DNA of 64,000 nucleotides from an uncultured Gemmatimonadaceae bacterium (GTDB taxonomy: Bacteria; Gemmatimonadota; Gemmatimonadetes; Gemmatimonadales; GWC2-71-9), in the NCBI GenBank assembly GCA_964599725.1, contig CAZRGT010000053.1:5680-69679 (forward strand), in the 5' to 3' direction. The translations under genes and the position numbers were made by a program. Of the stretch, positions 28,432-36,169 are shown piece after piece. The first letter of the stretch is position 1, and every line of letters begins with the position of its first letter. The notes beneath the pieces are model-generated. The model was not told the origin of the DNA and made no database searches. It saw only the letters and a list, made by a program, of their open reading frames with translations.

Positions 28432-28635
28432 GGGCCACGTGCCGGCCGGGTTACCCGCTGGGTGGCCCGGTCGGCTAGCCTGCTTCTCTCGCCTGCCGGG
28501 TCGCGAAGATACCCGCGGATGGCGGGCCAGCCAGCCGTCCAGGGCGGCGCGAAAGCGGCCAGTGTCGCGTGACGCTGGCCGCTCGTGTTCGCCAATGGCG
28601 TGGCAACAGGTTGGAACCTGCTCCGGCAATCCGCC

Positions 28636-29445
28636 CTACTCTTCGTTATCGTCGTCCAGGCCGTCGTGATCGTCGTCGTGGAACGCCTCGATGGATTGCT
28701 CGATGTTGTTCTTCACGACGCCTTCGTTCTGGCCACCCTTGTTGGCGGTGGCGGGGTCCACGAGCGCGGTGCCGCCCACGTTCATGAACCAGCTCGAGAT
28801 GTCCACCCGCATGGTCAGGTTGACGGCGGTACCTTCGCTCACGACGAGCGGCGGGCTCAGCAAGCGCTCCTGCTCCTTGTCCAGATCCGTCGTGAAGACG
28901 AAGTCGCTCCGGCTCCCTGCGGCGCTGTACGTGCCCATGACCCGGATCGAGATGCCGTCGAAGTCGGGATGCCGTGCGAGGAACGCGGCATCGTCGCTTG
29001 CGGACGGCTTGTGGACCTTGAACTCGAACTCGTCGTAGGTGCCGGGCGGGACGGCGATCGTCACCGCGGCCTCCGTCGCATTGCCGAGGGGGAGCGACAC
29101 CAGTTCGGGCCCGGTCTCGAACTCCTCGCAGGCGTCATCGCCCGGGAGCGAGTCCGGGCACCGCGGGACGTCGATCCGCTTGAGTTCGATCTCGCGTAGG
29201 ACTAATTCGACGCTGCGGATGAAGACGGTGTCGTTGCCGAGCGTGACGATCGTGCTGTCGCCGGCAGCCACGACCGACGCCGACGGCCTGTGGCCGGCGC
29301 CCACAACGGAAGCCAATGGAGGCGTGCCCGGCGCCGGGCGTGTGGAGAAGGAGAGCCCGACGCTCGCCGGCGTGCCCTCCGAACACGCCAGCGACCCCGC
29401 GACCGCAGCCGCGGCAAGGCTCAGACCCAAGAACTTCGTGCGCAT
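28636..29445 (-). CDS. hypothetical lipoprotein with acidic C-terminal tail (possibly DUF4382-like)
   Basis: ATG 29445 follows GGGAGG. The leader is MRTKFLGLSLAAAAVAGSLAC. The C-terminus is HDDDHDGLDDDNEE. Confidence 0.55.
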   Translation of the reverse strand: MRTKFLGLSLAAAAVAGSLACSEGTPASVGLSFSTRPAPGTPPLASVVGAGHRPSASVVAAGDSTIVTLGNDTVFIRSVELVLREIELKRIDVPRCPDSLPGDDACEEFETGPELVSLPLGNATEAAVTIAVPPGTYDEFEFKVHKPSASDDAAFLARHPDFDGISIRVMGTYSAAGSRSDFVFTTDLDKEQERLLSPPLVVSEGTAVNLTMRVDISSWFMNVGGTALVDPATANKGGQNEGVVKNNIEQSIEAFHDDDHDGLDDDNEE

Positions 29446-29640
29446 ACAGCCTCCCAATCAGGGTTTGTGGTTTCATTCCTGCCGGGTGAGCAGGTCGCCC
29501 GCCGGCGCCGGCTGCAGGAGCAAGCTCCGTTCTCCGAGGTTGGCCAGTACAAGTTGTTGTCAATCATTAACTTGCGTAGAGCCCGGCGGATGCCGGCTGC
29601 TTCGCGGCGGCGCGGCCTGACTCGAAACGAGCCAGATTAC

Positions 29641-31053
29641 ATGGAACCGTGCCAGATTGGTACTCCGCCGATGCCTTTGCCCGATGTCTTCCTCCTCGTC
29701 GTCCGTTTCAGCGACTCGTTCGCAGAGTTCTGGCCGCTGCTCGCCCACGAGCAGGGCATCACGGTAATTGAGTGGTCGCCGGAGTCTGGGGCTCCAGCGC
29801 CCGCGGGTGCTGCCCTCGTGTTGGTCGCGGCCGGCGGCCGCGAAGCGGATCTCCCGGTCCTCCTCCCCGGGCTCACGCTGTCGGGCGATGCTCCGATCAT
29901 CGCCGTGGGCGCCGCACCTTCGCACCGCATCGCGGCCCGAGCGGTCGCGAGCGGCGCAGCGGACTACTTCGCGCTCCCTGACGACCGCGACGCCTTGCGC
30001 GAGACGCTGGCGGCCGCGGTCCAGCGACGCCGAGCCGGCTTCCAACGAGCCAGTTTCGCGCAGCTCGAGGCGCAGGCACATGCCTTTCGTGAAATGGTCG
30101 GGGAGAGTCCTGCGCTCCGCGCTGTCCTGGAGCGGGCGGCCCGTATCCTTCCGTATGCCGAGGCGACCGTGCTCATCGCCGGGGAGACGGGGACGGGCAA
30201 GGAGCTCGTGGCGCGGGCGCTGCACTACGGGGGGCCGCGCGCGGCCGCCCCGTTCGTCGAGATCAACTGCGCCGCCCTGCCCCCCCAGCTCCTCGAGAGT
30301 GAGCTGTTCGGGCACGAGCGCGGCGCGTTCACCGACGCGAGAACGGCCAAGCCGGGACTGTTTGAGGTGGCCGAGGGCGGGACGCTGTTCCTCGACGAGG
30401 TGCACCAGCTTGCCCCCTTCGTGCAGTCCAAGCTGCTCCGCGCTCTGGAGCAGAAATCGGTACGGCGCCTCGGCGCGACCGCCAGCCGCCGGGTGGACGT
30501 CCGAATCATCGCGGCCACCAACGCAAACCTGGTCGCGGAGGTTCGCGCCGGGCGGTTCCGCGAGGACCTGTACTACCGTCTCAATGTCGTCACCCTGACG
30601 ATTCCGCCGCTGCGCGAGCGCGGCGACGACGCGATCCGGCTGGCCGAGTTCTTCCTCCGCAAGTTCGCCGCGCAATACGGTCTGCCCGAACCAGCGCTCG
30701 CCCCGGAGGTACGCCGCAGGCTGCAGGTCCACGCGTGGCCCGGCAACGTGCGGGAGCTGCGCAATACGATCGAGCGGGCACTGCTCCTGTCATCGCCCGG
30801 GAGCTTGGCTCTGGATGAGATGGCGCTAGAGGAGGCTCCCCCGCTCCCTGCCCACGGCCCGCTGCCGTTTCCCGCCACGCTGGGTGCGATCCAACGGGCG
30901 GCAGCGCGAGCGATGCTCGACGTGACAGGCGGCAACCGCTCCGAAGCGGCGCGGCGACTGGGTGTTTCCCGCTCCCGTTTGCAGCGGCTCCTTGCCGACG
31001 AGCGAGGCGCATTGGAGAGGGACCGGGACGATGAGCCGGACGAGAAGCACTGA
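29641..31053 (+). CDS. sigma-54-dependent transcriptional activator (bEBP) with degenerate receiver-like N-terminal domain
   Basis: The AAA+ core has Walker A GETGTGKE, the GAFTDA loop (a GAFTGA variant), Walker B LFLDEV and the ESELFGHERG region. The C-terminal HTH is GNRSEAARRLGVSRSRLQRLL. The start could be 29641 or 29671. Confidence 0.9.
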   Translation: MEPCQIGTPPMPLPDVFLLVVRFSDSFAEFWPLLAHEQGITVIEWSPESGAPAPAGAALVLVAAGGREADLPVLLPGLTLSGDAPIIAVGAAPSHRIAARAVASGAADYFALPDDRDALRETLAAAVQRRRAGFQRASFAQLEAQAHAFREMVGESPALRAVLERAARILPYAEATVLIAGETGTGKELVARALHYGGPRAAAPFVEINCAALPPQLLESELFGHERGAFTDARTAKPGLFEVAEGGTLFLDEVHQLAPFVQSKLLRALEQKSVRRLGATASRRVDVRIIAATNANLVAEVRAGRFREDLYYRLNVVTLTIPPLRERGDDAIRLAEFFLRKFAAQYGLPEPALAPEVRRRLQVHAWPGNVRELRNTIERALLLSSPGSLALDEMALEEAPPLPAHGPLPFPATLGAIQRAAARAMLDVTGGNRSEAARRLGVSRSRLQRLLADERGALERDRDDEPDEKH

Positions 31054-31126
31054 TACGGTTTGAGACAGGGTGGAGTGCCGCGAGCCACAGGGCATTGAGT
31101 ATCTGCCAGTCCTGCAAGACGTTATG

Positions 31127-31144
31127 CTGGCCCGAGGCTTGCGA
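31127..31144 (+). promoter_or_regulatory. sigma-54 (-24/-12) promoter
   Basis: cTGGCCCGAGGCTTGCGa compares with the consensus TGGCACG-N4-TTGCW. GG at 31129-30 and GC at 31141-42 are exactly 12 nt apart. The site lies ~35 nt upstream of ATG 31179 and immediately downstream of the bEBP gene. Confidence 0.65.
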
Positions 31145-31178
31145 ATATAGGTCCACGGACTCTTACAGGAACGGTTTG

Positions 31179-31778
31179 ATGAAACGAACGCTGTGGTTAC
31201 TCGCCGGCTTGGCCGTTGCTGCTTGCGGAGAAAACAACGGACCTGGCGGCGTCCCCGACGCCCAACTGAACATCGTCCTGCAGGACACCCTGTCGCCGCC
31301 CTTGCTCGCCACCCAAGACAGCTTCTGGGCGAAGGTCGCGGATGGACGCGAGCTGAAGCTGTTTTACCAGGGAGCGCTACCGGGCGACTCGGGGGAGGAG
31401 TTCCTCCGGTTCGAGGTTCCGGGCGACGGCTTGTACCGCAGGCCTGACGGCACCCTCTTCCAGACCGGCGATTCGATCCTCATCACGGTGACGGTGGTGG
31501 ATCCCTCGCGGTTCCTCTTCGACTTCGAGCCCGCCGGTCTGCAGTTCGACCCCGCGCATCCCGCGCGCCTCCGAGTGCGGTACCTGAACGGTGAGAAGGA
31601 CTTCAACAGCGACGGCGTGGAGGACTCGACCGACGTCGAGATCGAGGGGGAGCTCGACCTGTGGACCCGGACGGCGCCGGGCGCGCTCTGGTTCAAGTTG
31701 GGGGGCGTCAAGTTCGAGGATCTCGACGAGATCGACGCCAACCTCCACACGTTCTCGCAGTTCGCGGTGGCCTGGTGA
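31179..31778 (+). CDS. hypothetical lipoprotein (sigma-54 promoter target)
   Basis: The leader MKRTLWLLAGLAVAACG has a lipobox. AGGAA sits 9 nt upstream of the ATG. Confidence 0.55.
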   Translation: MKRTLWLLAGLAVAACGENNGPGGVPDAQLNIVLQDTLSPPLLATQDSFWAKVADGRELKLFYQGALPGDSGEEFLRFEVPGDGLYRRPDGTLFQTGDSILITVTVVDPSRFLFDFEPAGLQFDPAHPARLRVRYLNGEKDFNSDGVEDSTDVEIEGELDLWTRTAPGALWFKLGGVKFEDLDEIDANLHTFSQFAVAW

Positions 31779-31797
31779 ACCGCGTGAGGCATCCTGT

Positions 31798-32790
31798 GTG
31801 ACCACAACGCTTGGTGACGAATCCGCGCTCCTCACGGAGCTTCGGGATCTCAGCGAGCGTGGGCGGCACCGCGAGGTCGTGGACCGGCTGGGTCAGCTGA
31901 CCCCTAAGGAAGTGGCGGAGCGCACGCCGCTCGCGTTGCTCGCCGCGGAGGCGTACGGCCGGCTGGGGGACCACGAGACCGCCGATCGCTGGGCCGACAC
32001 AGCCCTCCAGGTGGCCCGGGCCCGGGGCGACCGGCACGCCGAGCTGCGCGCTGTGAACAATCGCGGCGCCATCGCGCTGGAGCGCGGGGCCGCCGAAGAC
32101 GCCGAGCGCTGGTTTTCGGCTGCGCTCGATCTGTGCCGTGAGACGCACAGCTACGCCGCGCAGGCGCGGTCGTTGAACAACCTCGGTATCATCGCCCACC
32201 TACGTGGTGAGCTGGAGGCTGCGCTGGCAAGCTACCAGCTCGCGCTCGCCGCTTACCAACAGGCCGGCTTCGTGCGGGGGATGGCCGAAACGCACCACAA
32301 CATCTCGATCAGCCGGCTGTATCTGGGCGACGTGCCTGGCGCCCTCTCCGCCGCTGAGCAAGCACTGCGACTCGCGACCCAAGTACAGGACGAGCGGCTC
32401 GCCGCGCAGGCCTTAGCCGGCCGCGCGGAGCTGCACCTCTGGACCGGCGACACGGCGCTGGCCGCTGCCGAGCTGGCGCGCGCTGCGGCGACCTACGAGC
32501 AGCTGCAGCATCCGGGGGGGCTGGTGGAGGTATGGCGCCTGCAAGCGGGGGTAGCGCGGGCACGGGGGGATGTGCCGGAGGCGGTGCAAATACTCGAGCG
32601 CGCCGCCGCGCTGGCCCGCGGCTCCGGGAGCGCCCACACGCTGGCCGAGATCGAGCGCGACCTGGGCGCAGCGCTGGAGGCCCAGGGGAACCGAGCCGGG
32701 GCACGCGCCGCGCGTCAGCGGGCCGTCGCGCTGTACCAGGGGCTTGGCGCCACCAAGGCGGCGCAGCATCTCGCCACCTTGATCGTCTAG
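31798..32790 (+). CDS. tetratricopeptide-repeat (TPR) protein
   Basis: Repeated 34-40-aa helical units show the A/L/Y/G TPR pattern, for example AEDAERWFSAALDLCRETHSYAAQARSLNNLGIIAHLRGELEAALASYQLALAAY. The GTG start lies 20 nt after the lipoprotein stop. Confidence 0.7.
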   Translation: MTTTLGDESALLTELRDLSERGRHREVVDRLGQLTPKEVAERTPLALLAAEAYGRLGDHETADRWADTALQVARARGDRHAELRAVNNRGAIALERGAAEDAERWFSAALDLCRETHSYAAQARSLNNLGIIAHLRGELEAALASYQLALAAYQQAGFVRGMAETHHNISISRLYLGDVPGALSAAEQALRLATQVQDERLAAQALAGRAELHLWTGDTALAAAELARAAATYEQLQHPGGLVEVWRLQAGVARARGDVPEAVQILERAAALARGSGSAHTLAEIERDLGAALEAQGNRAGARAARQRAVALYQGLGATKAAQHLATLIV

Positions 32791-32823
32791 AAGCGTGAGG
32801 CCACGAGCGTCACATTCGCGCCG

Positions 32824-34746
32824 CTACCCCGACAGCTCTTGCACCGCCCGCCATGCCTGGTCGATGGCGGAGTTGGTGTACGCGAACGCGCCCGCGTCCG
32901 CGTTGGCGATCGTGATCCGTCCGAACGGCTGCCGCGCGACGACGCAGGGCTGCTGATCCTCCGGCCATGGCCCATCCCACAACGAGTTGTATTCGTACGT
33001 GTAGCCGTGTGACCAGCGGTTCACGGTGATGGCGGTGATGTCGCGCGCGGGATCGAAGCCGCCTGCGCCCAGCATCCGGCTCATCTGATCGCGCAAATTG
33101 CGCTCGAAGGTGTCGAACGGCGTGGCCAGGAGCTCCGTGCGGCCGGCGCGATGCTGGTCGCGCGCCGGCAGGCCCGGCTGGCAGGGTGTGCGGAACAGCT
33201 TGACCACCGCCGGCTCGGCGGGCGTGCGCGACGAGCGATAGTCGCCCATGTCCACCGGGAAGTCGAGCGACATCCGGAAGAAATAGCTCCCCGGCGCCAC
33301 GACTTGGGATACGCCGAGTCGCTGGAACGATTCCCAGTCACGCAGCGCGACGTTGGTGTAGACGAGCGGCACCTTCACCGCGTAGGCCAGTGCCTGTCGT
33401 TGGGGCTCGGGCAGCTCGGGGCAGAGGTAGGGGATCATGGTGTGCCATCCGGCGAGCACACAAGCGCCGGCTCGCACCGTCCAGGCCTTGCCGCCGCGCA
33501 CGTAGGTGACCTCGACTTCCCGCGCGGTCTGCGGACGCCCAAGGTGGCGGACGCGAATAACGGTACTGTTCAGCCGCAGTCTCGTCGTGGCGCTTTCGTC
33601 GTCCAGCTTGGCGTAGTCCAGGCGGGCGGTTATCGAGTCTTCCATCGTCGCCCCGGCTAACGCCCCGGGCACGAGCCGTCGGACCAGCAGGCGCGCCACC
33701 GACGCGCTGCCGTCCGGAAAGTGGAAGATGTAGGGCTCTGCTTCGTTCATCTGGAGCTGCGGCGTGAGCCCGATCTCAGGGCTGGGCTCATCCGCGTCGA
33801 GCTGCAGCCCCGAGAAGCCGGGGTATGCGAGTCCCCAGCAATCGAGCGCCGGTACGGCGTCGATGCCGACGCCGTAGAGATCGTGGGTACCCGTTTGGAA
33901 GAACGGGATCGCGTCCGGAGTGACTTTCACGACGTTGAGCAGGTAGTCGCGATAGCTGAGCTTGGCGAGCCGCGCCTTCTTCTCGGCCGACGTAAGACCG
34001 CGCATGTAGTCCTGACGGCCGTGGTAAACCCGGAAGATGTTCGCTCGCGCGGCGGCCGAGAGCGGCGCGCGCGCCAGGAACGCGTGATCGACCTCGTCCC
34101 CGCTGTCCGTCAGCAGGCGATCAGTCCCGAAGGTCTCGCGGTCGAAGAAGACGCCGTGCCGAAGCCCGAGCCTCTCGTAGCGGTGCTGATCGAAGGCGGT
34201 ATAGAATCGCTGCACGTCGATGCCAAGGTCTGCGAGTAGACCTTTGGCGACGTCGCTGTACTGCGCAGGGCTCTCGATCGATTCCGTCCCACCGTAGGAA
34301 ACAAGGCGCCGGTCGCCGACGACGAACTCATTGCGCTTGGCGTGGCCGCCGAAATCATCGTGGTTGTCGAGCAGCAGGATTCTGGCCGTTTCGCCGCGTG
34401 TCTTCCGGAAGAAATGCGCCGCTGACAACCCGCTGATGCCGGCGCCGACGATGACGAGGTCATAGTGCTCGCGCGTGTCGCGTGCCTTCCCGATCGTCTT
34501 ACCGAGAGTTCCGTCGCGCAGCTGGTGAGCGATCTCGAACGAGCCGGGATGACTGCCGCGCATGCCCGTGAGCGCCGGCGGGTAGTATCGCGGATCGCGC
34601 TCGGGGGTGAACGCCGTGTCGGATTCAGAGGGTCCACAGCCGATGGGGAGCAGCGAGGCGCCCACGGCGATCGCCATTCCGTCGAGGAAATCCCGCCGGC
34701 TGATCGGCTGGTCCATGCCGAGGGGACGGTCAGAGGAGTCGGGCAT
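32824..34746 (-). CDS. Tat-signal FAD/NAD(P)-binding amine-oxidase-like oxidoreductase (SpdH-like, tentative)
   Basis: A twin-arginine motif (ISRRDFLDGMAIAVGA) is followed by the dinucleotide-binding motif YDLVIVGAGISGLSAAHFF. The length is ~630 aa. Confidence 0.75.
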   Translation of the reverse strand: MPDSSDRPLGMDQPISRRDFLDGMAIAVGASLLPIGCGPSESDTAFTPERDPRYYPPALTGMRGSHPGSFEIAHQLRDGTLGKTIGKARDTREHYDLVIVGAGISGLSAAHFFRKTRGETARILLLDNHDDFGGHAKRNEFVVGDRRLVSYGGTESIESPAQYSDVAKGLLADLGIDVQRFYTAFDQHRYERLGLRHGVFFDRETFGTDRLLTDSGDEVDHAFLARAPLSAAARANIFRVYHGRQDYMRGLTSAEKKARLAKLSYRDYLLNVVKVTPDAIPFFQTGTHDLYGVGIDAVPALDCWGLAYPGFSGLQLDADEPSPEIGLTPQLQMNEAEPYIFHFPDGSASVARLLVRRLVPGALAGATMEDSITARLDYAKLDDESATTRLRLNSTVIRVRHLGRPQTAREVEVTYVRGGKAWTVRAGACVLAGWHTMIPYLCPELPEPQRQALAYAVKVPLVYTNVALRDWESFQRLGVSQVVAPGSYFFRMSLDFPVDMGDYRSSRTPAEPAVVKLFRTPCQPGLPARDQHRAGRTELLATPFDTFERNLRDQMSRMLGAGGFDPARDITAITVNRWSHGYTYEYNSLWDGPWPEDQQPCVVARQPFGRITIANADAGAFAYTNSAIDQAWRAVQELSG

Positions 34747-34902
34747 GCGGTCGCGAAGATACGGCTGAGCGCATGCGCCGTCGACTGCACCAGTGTCTCG
34801 ACACTATAACGCCACATCCATATAAATATTGCCTTTTCTGGTATATTGACTTTCGGTATTTATTCGGGCACGTTCTCTTTCCCAGAGCCTGGCAGTGACC
34901 CG

Positions 34903-36060
34903 ATGGATCGCGCCGTCCTGTACGTCAATCCGCTCACGTTTCCGATCGCGGTGGAGCGTGTGGCGTACCCAAGCGCGCGGCTCGCGGGTCGACCCGTGGC
35001 ACTCGCGCCCGGCGGGACTGATCGCGCGATCATCTGGTCGGCCTCACCCGAAGCGGCACTTGCCGGCGTCGTGGCGGGGATGCCGATCTACCAGGCGCTG
35101 CGCCGTTGCCCCGATCTCGTGCTCCTGCCGCCGCGCTACGGACTCTACCGGCGCGCCGCGGCGGCGCTCGAGCGGATTCTCCATCCCTACGTGCCGATCA
35201 TCGAGCCGCACACCCTGGGGCATGCCTACGGCGACTTGAGCGGCACGTTCAAGTTGTTCGGCCCCGCGACCGACATCGCGGCACGCATCCGGCGCGAGAT
35301 CTGGGGGCGCCTCGGCCTCCCGGTCACGGTGGGGCTGGCGGCGAACAAAGTGGTGAGCGAAGTCGCCGCCCACATGCTGAAGCCCGAGCCGGTGGTGGCC
35401 GTGCGTCCCGGCCACGAGTCGGCGTTCCTGGCGCCGCATCCGCTCGTGGCGCTCCCCGGCGCCACCCCGGTCCTGCGCGAGCAGCTGGAGCGCTACAACG
35501 TGCAGCGCATCGGCACGCTCGCGTCACTCACGCGCGCCCAGGTCGAAGGCGTGCTCGGTTGCCGCGGGGCGTTGCTGCACACACGCGCCAACGGCATCGA
35601 TCCGCGGCCCGTCGTCCCGCCCGCGCGACGCGAGACGATGCGGGCGCGGGCCACGCTGCGGGTGGAGACGAACGACCGCGACCTGCTGATGACCGAGCTG
35701 CGCCGGCTCGCCGAGCAATTGGGGCGCAGCCTGCGCCTGCGGCACGTTACCGCGGACCGGCTGGAGCTGGTCGCGCGCTACGCCGACCATCGCGACGCCG
35801 TGGGCGCCACGCCGCTCGAGCCCGCCACCGATCTGGACGTCGAGCTCACGACTGCCGCCCGCGCCCTCGCCGACCGGTTGCTCACACGTCGCATCGCGCT
35901 CACCGCGTTGGGGCTCACGGTGGCCCTCGGCACGGGCAGCGACGTGCAGTTGTCGCTGTTCGATCCGGTCCCCCCCGCCGTGCGCCGCCAGTCGCTCAAC
36001 GCGGCGATCGACGGCGTGCGGCGGAGATATGGGACGGCGAGTATCCGGTATGCTCGGTGA
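34903..36060 (+). CDS. imuB: Y-family DNA polymerase homologue lacking catalytic carboxylates (ImuB-like)
   Basis: The fold is Y-family (GLPVTVGLAANKVVSEVAA). The DinB catalytic positions are replaced: LYVNPLTFPIAVE instead of hvDmDaFfasvE, and TLGHAYGDL instead of SIDEAYLD. The gene lies directly upstream of dnaE2. Confidence 0.8.
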   Translation: MDRAVLYVNPLTFPIAVERVAYPSARLAGRPVALAPGGTDRAIIWSASPEAALAGVVAGMPIYQALRRCPDLVLLPPRYGLYRRAAAALERILHPYVPIIEPHTLGHAYGDLSGTFKLFGPATDIAARIRREIWGRLGLPVTVGLAANKVVSEVAAHMLKPEPVVAVRPGHESAFLAPHPLVALPGATPVLREQLERYNVQRIGTLASLTRAQVEGVLGCRGALLHTRANGIDPRPVVPPARRETMRARATLRVETNDRDLLMTELRRLAEQLGRSLRLRHVTADRLELVARYADHRDAVGATPLEPATDLDVELTTAARALADRLLTRRIALTALGLTVALGTGSDVQLSLFDPVPPAVRRQSLNAAIDGVRRRYGTASIRYAR

Positions 36061-36169
36061 TGACAGGACGATGCGTTCACCGCGTGTTCCGCGGCTGAAG
36101 CCGTGGCTCGGCGCTGCGCGGGTTGCCCTGAAGGGCGCCGAGCCGTCGCTTTAGCGACGGAAATCATCG

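Noticed and set aside
28432-28469. GC-rich imperfect hairpin (GGGCCAC...GTGGCCC) between two convergent lipoprotein genes, considered as a bidirectional terminator.
   Set aside because: The loop is long (24 nt), the inner pairing is poor and there is no flanking T/A tract. I cannot support a terminator call.
29446-29640. Additional sigma-54 promoters in the divergent region between the lipoprotein gene (29445, -) and the bEBP gene.
   Set aside because: TGGCC and TTG(C/T) elements are present, for example TGGCCAGTACAAGTTGT. The GG-to-GC spacing is not 12 nt on either strand.
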